Made by a program: the position numbers and the translations under genes. Under the pieces are notes generated by a model, which worked only from the letters and a program-made list of their open reading frames with translations, had not been told where the DNA came from and did not search any database. Shown here in pieces: positions 17,076-27,001 of a stretch of 64,000 nucleotides of DNA; the first letter of the stretch is position 1, and every line of letters starts with the position of its first letter. Source of the DNA: an uncultured delta proteobacterium. GTDB taxonomy: Bacteria; Desulfobacterota; Desulfuromonadia; Desulfuromonadales; BM103. The stretch lies in NCBI GenBank assembly GCA_963715335.1, contig CAVQRZ010000028.1, positions 1-64,000 of the forward strand, written 5' to 3'.

Positions 17076-18076
17076 GATGGTTCAATCTTTGCGACCAGGT
17101 TGGCAAAGGCTGCCAGGCTCCTGACCCTTTTCAGCTTGCCGACCGACCGGGCAAATTCGGGCTGATCGAGAAACGCCAGAACGTTCTTGGCCTTGTCGAG
17201 AATCTGCTGTTCGCCACGGAAAAGTTCCTGGTAACGTTCCAGAACAGCGCCCATGTATTTGCGAATCATTTCCGCCGTTTCGACTGGCGTCGGTTCGTGC
17301 GTGCAGTGGCTTCTGATCCGGGCAAAGAGGAGCGGGTCGGCGATTGCGCCGCGTCCGAGCATCAACCCCGAGGCCCCGGTCGTCTCGAGCACCAGAAGCC
17401 CCTGTTTCGCGCTACGTATGTCGCCGTTGGCAATGACCGGTATTGAGGTCCGCTTAACCAGGCGTGCGGTGATGGAGTGGTCAGCCGAGCCGGCATATTT
17501 TTGCAGGACTGTCCGCGGATGCAGGACCAGGAAGTCGACCTGGTTGTCCTCGAACAGCGAGACCAGGGAAAAAACCTGTTCGGGGTCGCTGTAGCCGGCC
17601 CGCATTTTGATTGAGAAACTACCTGTAATCGCCTGGCGCAGGGCCGGTATGATGGCCGAAAGTCGCGCGGGGTCTTGCAACATGGCCCCGCCGGTTGCGC
17701 CGGTGGTCATGCGCCCGTACGGGCAACCCATGTTGAGGTTGATGTGGCGCGCCCCGGCGGCTTCAGCGTTGCGGGCGGCAGCGACCAGCGCCCGGGGGTC
17801 GTTGCCGACCAGCTGCGCCACCAGCGGAACGCCTCCGGTTGCGCTGCCGGCCTCGGTCAGGTCGTTGCGGGCCAGGCGCTTGCGGCTGACGTTGCTGACT
17901 CGCATGAACTCGGTAAAGACCACGTCGGGGCGAACCCAATTTATAAACAGGTCCCGCATTGCGCGATTGGTCAGCCCCTGCATCGGCGCCAGCATAATCG
18001 GGGTTTCACCTTGCCGCCACGGCAGCTTGCTGTGTATGCAGCCTCCCTGGTCAGTCGATGATCTGTTCTCGTTCAT
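17072..18076 (-). CDS. tRNA-dihydrouridine synthase family protein
   Basis: LAPMQG, NLNMGCP, SIKMRAG, LHPRT, PVIANGDI, GLMLGRGA. Confidence 0.9.
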   Translation of the reverse strand: MNENRSSTDQGGCIHSKLPWRQGETPIMLAPMQGLTNRAMRDLFINWVRPDVVFTEFMRVSNVSRKRLARNDLTEAGSATGGVPLVAQLVGNDPRALVAAARNAEAAGARHINLNMGCPYGRMTTGATGGAMLQDPARLSAIIPALRQAITGSFSIKMRAGYSDPEQVFSLVSLFEDNQVDFLVLHPRTVLQKYAGSADHSITARLVKRTSIPVIANGDIRSAKQGLLVLETTGASGLMLGRGAIADPLLFARIRSHCTHEPTPVETAEMIRKYMGAVLERYQELFRGEQQILDKAKNVLAFLDQPEFARSVGKLKRVRSLAAFANLVAKIEPS

Positions 18077-18095
18077 GGTTTGCGTCTTCGACGGG

Positions 18096-19977
18096 TTAAT
18101 CGCTCAGGGCGTCCAGCTCTTCCCAGCGGCTATAGGTTGCGGCGAGTTCCCGTTCAATTTCTTCTAGCCTTGTATTGACTTCTGCGACCGTAGCTCCCGC
18201 GGTCCGGTAGAACTCCGGGTCGGCGATTTTCTCGTGCAGTTTGGCGACCCCCGTTTCAAGGCTCTCGATTCGCAAAGGCAGCTCATTGAGCTCCTGTCTT
18301 TCCTTGAAGGTCAACTTTCGCGGCCGCTCTTTTTTCGGCTTGCCACGGTTAAGGGGCTTTTCCTTGTCAGGCGACGATCGAGTTTTGCGGCCTCTGGTGC
18401 AGCCAGTCGTCATAGCCACCGACATACTCCCGTACCTGGCCGTCTCCCTCAAAGGCGATGGTGCTGGTGACGACCCGGTTGAGAAATGCCCGATCGTGAC
18501 TGACCAGAAAGAGCGTGCCCTTGAAATCGGCCAGCAACTCCTCGAGCAGGTCCAGCGTCTCCAGGTCAAGATCGTTGGTTGGTTCGTCGAGGACCAGGAC
18601 GTTGGCCTCGCGAGTAAAAAGGCGGGCCAGCAGGAGCCGGTTCCGCTCTCCTCCGGAGAGGATGCGTACCGGGCTACGGGCTCGGTCGGGCGTGAACAGG
18701 AAATCCTGGAGATAACCGATCACGTGGCGTGACCTGCCGTCGATAACCACCGAATCCTGATCACCGGCAAGGTTCTGCTGAACGGTCAGGTTGGGGTCGA
18801 GCTGCTCGCGCATCTGATCAAAATAAAGTACGTGCAGGTTGGTGCCGAGCCGCACTGTCCCCTGTTGTGGCTTGATTTCACCCAGCAACAGTTTCAGCAG
18901 GGTCGTCTTGCCGATCCCGTTTGGCCCGATAATGCCGATCCGGTCGCCACGCAGGACCATGGCCGAGAAGTCACTGACCAGCGGTACTTTGTCATACGCG
19001 AATGACAGCCCCTTGACTTCGGCGACCAGTTTGCCGCTGCGTTCTGCCTCCTGCAGATTGAGACGCGCCGTACCGATACGTTCACGGCGCTGGCGGAACT
19101 CTTCGCGCATTTTCTTCAACGCACGGACGCGTCCTTCGTTGCGAGTCCGCCGGGCCTTGATCCCTTTGCGGATCCAGACCTCCTCCTCTGCCAGTTTCTT
19201 GTCGAAGCGGGCCTGCTCCTGTGCTTCGGCATTGAGCAGTTCATCCTTGCGTTGCAGGAAGGTGTCGTAGTCGCAGGCAAAGTCAAACAGGCGGCCACGG
19301 TCTATTTCGACGATGCGGGTCGCAAGCCTGCGCAGGAATGCCCGGTCGTGGGTGACAAAAACCAGAGTCAGGTTCTCACGCTGCAGAAACTCCTCGAGCC
19401 AGGTGATCGATTCGATGTCGAGATGGTTGGTCGGCTCGTCAAGCAACAGGATGTCGGGGTCGACTGCCAGGGCGCGCGCCAGAAGCACCCGGCGCAGGAT
19501 CCCCCCGGAGAGGCTTGAGACCGGTAGGTCGGTCGGCAGCTTCAGGCGGGAGAGGACTTGCTCGATACGCTGCTGGTGTGACCAGCCGTCGCTGCTCTCG
19601 AGGCGCTGCTGAACCTCTGTCAATTGGCTGCTCAGGCCGGTTTCACCACTGTCCGCGCGCCGGGTGAGGTCGTGATAGCGGACCAGCAGGGCCCCTGTTT
19701 CAGCCAACCCTTGTGCCGTAGCTTCGTAAATGGTCCCCTGCAGGTTTCTGGGGACGTCCTGCTCCAGGCGTGCGACCCGCAACCCCTGCTGGCGGTCGAT
19801 GAGTCCGCCGTCAGCCTGTATTTCGCCGGCAATGACCTTCAAGAGCGTGGATTTCCCCGTGCCATTGCGTCCCAGCAGAGCGATACGCTCACCTTTTTGT
19901 ATCCGCAGGGAGATATCCAGGAGCAGGGGGGGGCCGCCGAAGGCGAGGTTTATATTGCGCAGGTTGATCAGTGCCAT
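18096..19977 (-). pseudogene. uup: ABC-F ATPase Uup, frameshifted before the C-terminal coiled-coil domain (real lesion or sequence error)
   Basis: Two ABC domains (GRNGTGKST, GPNGIGKTT, DEPTN) in 18367-19977; the Uup tail KLTFKERQEL..LPLRIESLE..YSRWEEL continues in the +1 frame to 18096. Confidence 0.85.
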
Positions 19978-20135
19978 GGGATTGCTTTCCGTGGTAAAGA
20001 CGGAATTATGGCAGAGCCTTCCGAAGATGAAAAGTAAAATGGGATATTTCTGCGAGCCTTGATTTTCAATGTTTTCTTGAGGCCTTGATGTTAGACTGAC
20101 TACCCGTTGTTAACGGTTATATCAGGAGTCTGAGA

Positions 20136-20963
20136 ATGCTTGAGCCTGGCCGCACGAACCTGCTTACAGTACATGCGATAGATGATGAAGGAGCTTGGCT
20201 CCAGGTCAACAAGGAAAGAGCCCTGCTGCCGAAATCCGAAGTCCCCGCAGAGATGGCCCCGGGTGACCAGTTGGCCGCCTTTGTCTATGCGAATTTAGAA
20301 GGTCAAATGGTTGCGACACTCCGACAGCCTTTGGCGGAGTTCGGCGAGTTCGCCTTGATGCGGGTCAGCCAGGTGAACAGCCACGGTGCCTTCATGGACT
20401 GGGGGTTAGCCAAGGATCTCCTGGTGCCGCCCAAGGAGCAGCTGGAGCAGATGAAGCCGGGACGGCGCTATCTGGTCAAGGTGCGCCTTGATCGCCAGAA
20501 CCGCCCGATCGGGACGGCGCGTATCGAGAAAAGCCTCTCATCCGCCGATGAGACGATACAGGCCGGGCAGAAGGTCGACCTGATCGTCTACCTGTTCACG
20601 CCATTAGGGGCCAAGGTGATTATCAATCACCGTTTCAGCGGTCTGCTGTATCGTGATGAAATCGGTAACCGCCTCAGTTATGGGGATCAAATCTCGGGCT
20701 ATATCAGACAGATCCGTGCCGACGGCAAGATTGACTGCTCGCTGAGCCTGGGCACCCGTGACGGTCTGGATGATGCCAGGGCGACGATCATGAAAGCGCT
20801 GAATGATAACCAGGGCTTTCTGCCCCTGCACGACAAAAGTTCGCCGGAGCAGATTCAGGAAACCCTCGGCCTAAGCAAGAAGCTTTTCAAGAAGGGGATT
20901 GGCGGGCTATACAAGGCTGGCCTGATTAAATTGACTGACGGTGGGATTCGCCTTAAAAATTGA
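20136..20963 (+). CDS. cvfB: CvfB/YitL-type S1 RNA-binding protein
   Basis: GAFMDWGLAKDLLVP, DGKIDCSL, winged-helix tail DKSSPEQI..LSKKLFKKGIGGLYK. Confidence 0.88.
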   Translation: MLEPGRTNLLTVHAIDDEGAWLQVNKERALLPKSEVPAEMAPGDQLAAFVYANLEGQMVATLRQPLAEFGEFALMRVSQVNSHGAFMDWGLAKDLLVPPKEQLEQMKPGRRYLVKVRLDRQNRPIGTARIEKSLSSADETIQAGQKVDLIVYLFTPLGAKVIINHRFSGLLYRDEIGNRLSYGDQISGYIRQIRADGKIDCSLSLGTRDGLDDARATIMKALNDNQGFLPLHDKSSPEQIQETLGLSKKLFKKGIGGLYKAGLIKLTDGGIRLKN

Positions 20964-21068
20964 GTCAGGAGCTTTGACAGACATAGAATGCTGTTGTAGA
21001 AGTTCAGTAATGGTTTAGTTCTGACCGACACCGAGCGCTATAACAAAATCTGACAACAAAAGGAGAGA

Positions 21069-21263
21069 ATGATGGCTACTTATAGCTGTGCAAAATGTGG
21101 CATGGGTGTGAATGCAACCTGCGCTAAGTGTGATGCTCCTCTAGAAAACGACAACCTGAAACTGCCCGATGGCAAGAGCGTTCAGATATCCAAATGCCCG
21201 AACGGCCACGGCAAGATCAAGTCGCCGATGTGTTGTGGCCAGGATATGAGTTGTTCCATTTGA
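21069..21263 (+). CDS. Small Cys-rich putative metal-binding protein
   Basis: Two CAKC motifs, CPNGH and PMCCGQDM in 64 aa; RBS AGGAG and own terminator. Confidence 0.8.
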   Translation: MMATYSCAKCGMGVNATCAKCDAPLENDNLKLPDGKSVQISKCPNGHGKIKSPMCCGQDMSCSI

Positions 21264-21284
21264 ACAATTCACGGTATAAGCATT

Positions 21285-21314
21285 AAAAAGGCAGCCGGTT
21301 GGCTGCCTTTTTTT
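21285..21314. terminator. Bidirectional intrinsic terminator
   Basis: AAAAA-GGCAGCC-ggtt-GGCTGCC-TTTTTTT between convergent genes. Confidence 0.85.
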
Positions 21315-21341
21315 GGTCGGCCTGCTTGAGGGCCTTCCCCT

Positions 21342-22019
21342 TCACAGTTCATGTTTGGGAGGAAACCCGCTTTTATCGACATATTGTCTGGATTTGCCGC
21401 TACGGAATGCGAGGGTGATTGTCAACAGGACCGCCAGCGCAAGAGAGATGCCCCCACCCCAAAGTATAAGTTGATCAAACCGGCCGCCTTCATTCGTCTT
21501 CAGGGCTGCAAGCTCTGAACGGGTTTCTGCGAGCTGTTCTTGCGTTTCAGTGAGCTGTTGTCGCGTTTCTGCCAGGGCCTGTTCGGTCTGCTTGCGACTC
21601 GAGGTGAGTTCCTCACGCAGGGTTCGAAGCACCCCTTCCTGGGAGTCAGATTTTTCTGCCTGTTGTTGCAAGCGGGCCTGATTCTGCTGGTTGAACTCGT
21701 TGACCATTGCCTGGACTGTCTCCTTCAGGCTTTGCATGGCGCTCTCTATCCCTCGCAAAGCTTCCTGCTGACTGCCAAGCGTCTTGGTCGCGGCCGCCAA
21801 ATGCGATTCCAGGTCGCGCTGTTTCTTCTCGGTGCCGGCTAAAAGGCGGTTGAACTGCTCCGGTTGTTTTTCAATGAGGGCTTTCTGTGTGGCAAGGTCT
21901 CTCTGGAGATACCAGATTTTTTCCTGAATCTGTTCTATTTCAGTTAAAACCAGGGCCTGGTCGGCATACAGAGGGGCTGCACAGAGCAGTGCTACGAATA
22001 GGGACAGTAGTGTTTTCAT
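21342..22019 (-). CDS. Exported coiled-coil protein with C-terminal membrane anchor
   Basis: Signal peptide, Q/E/L-rich heptads, TM segment ILWGGGISLALAVLLTITLAF. Confidence 0.75.
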   Translation of the reverse strand: MKTLLSLFVALLCAAPLYADQALVLTEIEQIQEKIWYLQRDLATQKALIEKQPEQFNRLLAGTEKKQRDLESHLAAATKTLGSQQEALRGIESAMQSLKETVQAMVNEFNQQNQARLQQQAEKSDSQEGVLRTLREELTSSRKQTEQALAETRQQLTETQEQLAETRSELAALKTNEGGRFDQLILWGGGISLALAVLLTITLAFRSGKSRQYVDKSGFPPKHEL

Positions 22020-22200
22020 CTTGAACGTAACCCTTCTTCTTGTTGCAACTGGTTAGGTAAGCGTTGCTTGGAGCCTCCCGCGATGGTAACAAATTTTCGT
22101 GTTATCTGTTATGTTTTTTGCATTGAAAATGTGGCGGCGGGTTCTTGTAAAATTTCAGCTGTCGATTTATGGTTAAACTTACGATGTGTTTAGAGGCCTT

Positions 22201-22965
22201 ATGCATGTAGTCGTTATTCATCGCGGGCATGAAGCAACACCGGAACACGTTCAATCCCTCGCGGTAACTCTAGGCACCACTGCATTCGATGCACGCCAGA
22301 GGCTCATTTGTCAGGGACCCGTCATAGTTTCCACACAAGCAGACCCTCGGCGAGCCCTTACCATTCTGCGGCAACTCCAGGAAAGCGGACTCCATGCCTT
22401 TGTCGTCGATGTCGATACAGCGCTGAACAAATGTCCGGTTTTTTTCGTTCAAAGCTTTAAGTTTCAAGATGAATTGATTCGCGTTCTTGACCCCGCAGGG
22501 CGTAAAGGGTCGATCTCCTACAAAGACATAAGACTCATCCTGCCTACCTCTCGCACGGTGCCCATTGCTGAATTTGACACCGTGGCCGAAAGAAAGTTTA
22601 GTGTTGGCAAGACTCTCATGACCGGAGGCTTGACAATGACCAAAAAAGTTACATTCCAAGAAAAGTCCTCAAAGGAGGAGCGCGAAAAAATCCTCTATTT
22701 ATGCGGTGGGCAGCGAGCGAGATTAATCTGTGGTCAAGAGCAGATGGAATATGAAGGCTTCAGTGACGAGATGAAGCCTTCAAGGGAAATGAACTTCAAT
22801 CTCTTTGTTTCCAAAATACGTCAAAAGTGTCCTGCCGCAGCTTATGATGAACGGTTGATGAAGCGTACCGAGCAGATAAAATTGCTTGGCCCATTGCTGG
22901 ACCCAGATAGCCACATCGGCCTTGCTGCTGATATTCTCGCCACTTCTGCAGCAATGGGAGATTGA
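22201..22965 (+). CDS. Hypothetical protein
   Basis: About 254-aa ORF, probable ATG 22201 after GAGG; no family recognised. Confidence 0.7.
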   Translation: MHVVVIHRGHEATPEHVQSLAVTLGTTAFDARQRLICQGPVIVSTQADPRRALTILRQLQESGLHAFVVDVDTALNKCPVFFVQSFKFQDELIRVLDPAGRKGSISYKDIRLILPTSRTVPIAEFDTVAERKFSVGKTLMTGGLTMTKKVTFQEKSSKEEREKILYLCGGQRARLICGQEQMEYEGFSDEMKPSREMNFNLFVSKIRQKCPAAAYDERLMKRTEQIKLLGPLLDPDSHIGLAADILATSAAMGD

Positions 22966-23090
22966 TACGATTAACCATAGGTGTATGCCTGCGGAAGCTT
23001 ATGTCAGTCTCTCTTGGCTCGGTCTTAAGCCTTCTGAATGGAGCGCCCCGGTATTCTGGCTTCGGTTAGAGTTCTTACAAAGGATGTCTG

Positions 23091-23474
23091 ATGAAGAACA
23101 TCGATCTTGGCAAAGCCCTGATTACACTGATAGATGAATGTATCGTATTATTTGAAGCAGGCCCTGACCTGGTGATAGACAAAAGGGCCGCGACAGATTT
23201 TTACAATGCAATTAATCAACATGTTACAGGCAACTACAGCTTGCTAATTCACAGAAAACACAAGTATCAATTGTTGCGAATGGAGGTTTTTAGTGTCATT
23301 AACAGCCAGGAGAGGTTGGTTGGAATGGCCATCGTCGCACCCCATAATACGGCAAAAAAGATGGCTGACATGGAAGCCCCTCTCAGCCAGAAACCCTTTG
23401 CAACATTCAACAATCTTGACGATGCAATCGTCTGGCTCAAAACATTGCATACTGATGGACGAGAGCAAGCATAG
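23091..23474 (+). CDS. Hypothetical protein, possibly SpoIIAA/STAS-SEC14-like
   Basis: RBS AAGGA; GMAIV and C-terminal FNNLDDAIVWL pattern. Confidence 0.65.
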   Translation: MKNIDLGKALITLIDECIVLFEAGPDLVIDKRAATDFYNAINQHVTGNYSLLIHRKHKYQLLRMEVFSVINSQERLVGMAIVAPHNTAKKMADMEAPLSQKPFATFNNLDDAIVWLKTLHTDGREQA

Positions 23475-23504
23475 CCAAGGCCCCCATTAACGGAGTCATA
23501 AAGC

Positions 23505-23540
23505 AAGAACGCCCTCAATCTTTGGATCGGGGGCGTTTTT
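23505..23540 (+). terminator. Intrinsic terminator
   Basis: AAGAACGCCCTC..GGGGGCGTTTTT after the 23474 stop. Confidence 0.6.
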
Positions 23541-23594
23541 ATATCACGGGCGATGTGAGAAAAAAATGAGGCCTATTTGTTATAATACCCATTG

Positions 23595-23996
23595 ATGCTT
23601 GGGAACCGACTTCCCTTAAAGGACGGAACAACGATAGTGGCTTTTTGCAATTGTGACAGCAGTCTCCCCGTAATCACAGAACTTATCAGCAAAGAGGCAG
23701 GTTCCTTTCAGGCAACGCATACTTGCTCTAATTGTGACAAGGATGTGTTTGATTGCGAGTTGAATCCGGGTATGCAACTTATTGCCACCAAAGACATCCT
23801 CAACATTACAGGCGATTATGTGGTTCCCCAGGGCAGGATCTTGCGCATTTCAGCTTTTAGCGAATTGCCGGCAGTCTCATCTCCCGGCTTGCTCTTTGCC
23901 GGGCTGTTCGGGGTTGGCGCTTTCCCCCCTCAAGGTTTTGCCACTCAGTGGGATATTCACAAAATACTGAGTACGGCAGATCAAGGGTCCAGATAG
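23595..23996 (+). CDS. Hypothetical Cys-containing protein
   Basis: About 133 aa with CNC and CSNC motifs; an extended -10 (TGtTATAAT, 23578-23586) lies just upstream. Confidence 0.55.
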   Translation: MLGNRLPLKDGTTIVAFCNCDSSLPVITELISKEAGSFQATHTCSNCDKDVFDCELNPGMQLIATKDILNITGDYVVPQGRILRISAFSELPAVSSPGLLFAGLFGVGAFPPQGFATQWDIHKILSTADQGSR

Positions 23997-24279
23997 GTCG
24001 GTCGGCCAAACTGGAGAGTCCTTTGGTTTGTCACGACTTCGGAGGCGAAAACGACTAATCCGCAAAATTATGGCCACCCGATACCCGGTGGTCATTCTTG
24101 TTTTGCCCTGATCAGTGGAATCACGTAAATTTTCATGATATTTCTGGTTAATAAACAGAGTCATATCGGGACCGCTTGATTCTGAACGCCAAGCCTAACT
24201 AGCTGATGTCTTTATAAAGAAGCAAAAGCTGGCGCCGGCATTCTTCGTTGGCTTACTTGTTGCTGTATTAACTTTTAAT

Positions 24280-24355
24280 CTCCGATAATGGCAAAACCGA
24301 TGCGAGTCGGTGACGCAAAACCACAGGCCCCATGAGGGTAGCTGGGTTGCCGAAG
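24280..24355 (+). promoter_or_regulatory. c-di-GMP-I (GEMM-I) riboswitch aptamer
   Basis: GGCAAAACCGAT-GCGA-GTCGGTGACGCAAAACCACAGGCCC..GGGTAGCTGGGTTGCCGAA matches the GEMM P2 (GNRA loop)/GACGCAAA/P3 consensus. Confidence 0.85.
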
Positions 24356-24380
24356 AAAAAAGCATCAAGAAGATCTTTTT

Positions 24381-24412
24381 GCTCGTCTCGGCGCATCGGG
24401 ACGAGTTTTTTT
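24381..24412 (+). terminator. Riboswitch expression-platform terminator
   Basis: GCTCGTCTCG-gcgcat-CGGGACGAGT plus T-run between the aptamer and the start codon. Confidence 0.8.
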
Positions 24413-24443
24413 GTGTTAGGGGATTCGGGAAAGGGGTGGGTCA

Positions 24444-24833
24444 ATGGCAATCAAGATCGTAGACATCATTGTCGAGAGGAGAGGCAAGATTCTCTTAACG
24501 AAAAAAGGCGACTTCTGGATTTTGCCAAGCGGAGAGAACGAGCCTGGTGAAGACGAGATGCAATGTCTCGAAAAGATTGTCGCCCTAGAGATCAATGATC
24601 AGGTTGCAAGCGTTTTCAGAAAGCTTGAAAAATCCATCAGAGGTCTTTCTCCTGTCAGGGGGGGAGAAGTTGAAGTCTCTACCTATGTTGGGGAGATCAG
24701 TAGCACGAAAATGTCTGAAGTGAGGGATTGTAATGCCTACTGGTTTAGCAGAGAGAGTCTCCCTTCGGTAAGGCTTTCCAGTATTACCAAGGAAGTATTG
24801 AATGCCTATTTTTCCGAAGGATCAGAAGGTTGA
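24444..24833 (+). CDS. NUDIX-fold protein with degenerate Nudix box
   Basis: GKILLTK..WILPSGENEPGE pattern, but REUXEE is replaced by KIVALE. Confidence 0.75.
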   Translation: MAIKIVDIIVERRGKILLTKKGDFWILPSGENEPGEDEMQCLEKIVALEINDQVASVFRKLEKSIRGLSPVRGGEVEVSTYVGEISSTKMSEVRDCNAYWFSRESLPSVRLSSITKEVLNAYFSEGSEG

Positions 24834-25055
24834 AATAGGGGTTTGGAGAGGTGCCAGTTGTCGGAACCTTCCTATGCCAATCTGGACGAGGTGATTCTCC
24901 CGGCGGGATAGGAACGGCAAAGCGGTTGGCCTGAGTCCCTGCTCTCCGTGAAGCCTGGGTCGGGATGACTAAATTCGCAAAGTGCCCTCCTGCGCCCGCA
25001 TTATTTGGGCAGGCAGGGAACCAATGTCTGATTAGATTCCTCACCCTTTGCGGAA

Positions 25056-25724
25056 TTATTCTCTCAGACTTTCTTTGAGCTCAATAAGGCTTGTCACTGT
25101 AATCGTCGGCTCGATCCCCCATGGATCAAACACAGCTTCTGGAGAACGACGAACCCACGCTGATCGCATTCCTGCGGAAATCGCGCCGATCACATCAAAG
25201 GGATTGCTTGAAATCAACCATGCACTGCCCCCCGTCGACTTTGATTGCCTGAGGAAGTGACTATATACCGCTGGATTAGGCTTGAACGACTTGATGTCGT
25301 CGACACTGACGACACCGAGAAACAGGTCACGAATCCCGGCATTGCCCAGTAACACTTCAAGGGCTTCTGCTGCGCCATTTGAAAAGGCATAGAGGCGAAA
25401 GCCAGCTTCTTGCAAACGGGCCAGGCCCTCTTGAACGTCATCAAACGCTGGCAGGATGCGATAGAGGCTCATCAGTTCCTTTTTCTGCCCCTCGCTCAGG
25501 CTGGCCCCGTAAAACGTGCAGGTATAATCAAGGGCCTGGCTTGTACATACGGCAAAGGTCTCGTAGTTTTGCATCAGGCCTTTGCGAAATGAATACTCCA
25601 GCTGCTTGTCCCGCCAGGTGTTCGAAAAAGCTTTCGCATCACCACCGACGAGTTCTTCCAGCGCGGACAGAACCCCGTGTGTGTTGATCAGGGTTCCATA
25701 TACGTCAAAAGCAAGTGTTGTCAT
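25056..25724 (-). CDS. Haloacid dehalogenase type II
   Basis: AFDVYGTL, WRDKQLEYS, FSNG, FKPNPAVY, SSNPFDVIGA. Confidence 0.92.
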   Translation of the reverse strand: MTTLAFDVYGTLINTHGVLSALEELVGGDAKAFSNTWRDKQLEYSFRKGLMQNYETFAVCTSQALDYTCTFYGASLSEGQKKELMSLYRILPAFDDVQEGLARLQEAGFRLYAFSNGAAEALEVLLGNAGIRDLFLGVVSVDDIKSFKPNPAVYSHFLRQSKSTGGSAWLISSNPFDVIGAISAGMRSAWVRRSPEAVFDPWGIEPTITVTSLIELKESLRE

Positions 25725-25774
25725 GGTTTTCTCCCTCCCTGGGGTCGCTAACGGTCCCTTTAGATTGTCTGCAA

Positions 25775-26410
25775 TCAGTGAGGTTTTTGACCTGTAATCA
25801 GAAAGACCGGGTAGGCATGCTCAACGTCACCATGCTGTTTAAGGAAAGTGTGAACGATTTGTGATTTTAGGGCAATGCAACCCTGTTGTTCCAGCATGGT
25901 TATAAGCGCTTGTGAGTCGAAGCCGAAATGGGCAATGCCTGTTGGGTCGTCGTGAAATGTGCCATCTTCGCGTTCCAGGTCGGCGAGGGCCAGAAACCCC
26001 CCGGGCTTTAGTCCATTCAGAAGGTTTTTCAGCAAGCTTTGGATATCTTCAACATGATGTAAAACCATGCTGGAGAAAACCAGGTCATAGACTTTCCGTG
26101 GCAGCGTCCAGCTATCCGGCGAGATGAGGACTGATGTCACATTCCTCAATCCAAGCTCCTGGCATTTCTTCCGCAGCTCTGCCAACATTCCTGCTGAGGT
26201 GTCAGCTGCCGTCAAATGGCCTATCCCCGAGGCCAGCTTTAATCCGCACAGGCCGGTTCCGCAACCGTATTCCAGGGCCTGAAACTCACAATTCAAAGGA
26301 ATGTTGGCTGTAATCCCCGCTGTAACAGCCTCCGCCACCTGGCGTCGCTGGGGCTTCTCATCCCAGTTGGCAGCGACTTTGTCAAAGTCGCGACGCAATT
26401 CTTTAGTCAT
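25775..26410 (-). CDS. Class I SAM-dependent methyltransferase
   Basis: FDKVAANWD, LEYGCGTG, SSMVLHHV, LKPGG; probable ATG 26410. Confidence 0.9.
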   Translation of the reverse strand: MTKELRRDFDKVAANWDEKPQRRQVAEAVTAGITANIPLNCEFQALEYGCGTGLCGLKLASGIGHLTAADTSAGMLAELRKKCQELGLRNVTSVLISPDSWTLPRKVYDLVFSSMVLHHVEDIQSLLKNLLNGLKPGGFLALADLEREDGTFHDDPTGIAHFGFDSQALITMLEQQGCIALKSQIVHTFLKQHGDVEHAYPVFLITGQKPH

Positions 26411-26558
26411 GAAAATACATTTCCTTGCTGGTTCTATTGATCGGGCATCATAAAATATAACCCTTAATTGATAATCTTCAAACGGCAACAAGGCCCAACC
26501 GAAGAGCTTTGAATGGGCCTAGTCAGATTTTCGATTTTACTTGTCTGGATGGCTGCGC

Positions 26559-26820
26559 TCAGCTCCGACCGCCTCCGCCACTTCCGGAGCCACCATTACC
26601 ACCATCACCACCGCCGGTACCATTTGTCGCCTGTAGACGCAGAGGCCTCCTCACCATGGGAGCCGATAACACCGCTGTCATCGTTATTTATCTCGCCCTG
26701 CATTGACTGGTTGGCGCTGACGGTGCCATTGATATTGTCAGGTCCACCGCCGAGGTTGCTGTCACCTCCCTGCATGGAGGAGGTCATGCCACTTCCAGCC
26801 GCATCCTTTTGACCCCGGCC
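26559..26820 (-). pseudogene. Remnant of a Gly/Ser/Asn-rich protein C-terminus
   Basis: GRGQKDAAGSGMTSSMQGGD..ASTG continues after a +1 shift as NGTGGGDGGNGGSGSGGGGRS-stop; in-frame TAG upstream. Confidence 0.45.
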
Positions 26821-27001
26821 CTAGGTTGCGGTACATTGGCAGAGAGACTGACAGACAGGGCTTCTGGGAAAGAGGGGTAATCCCTGAATGAGACCACAGG
26901 CCAATCCTTGTATTTCGGGCCGCCTGCTTTATTAAATGGTCTGTTTTGGAGAAGCTTACGGTCTAGTCTTTGAACGAGGTTTTCTTTGCCGGGGAATCGC
27001 C

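Noticed and set aside
26509..26812. His-rich and Pro-rich plus-strand ORFs as metal-binding peptides
   Set aside because: Better explained as the reverse complement of Gly codon runs in the minus-strand remnant
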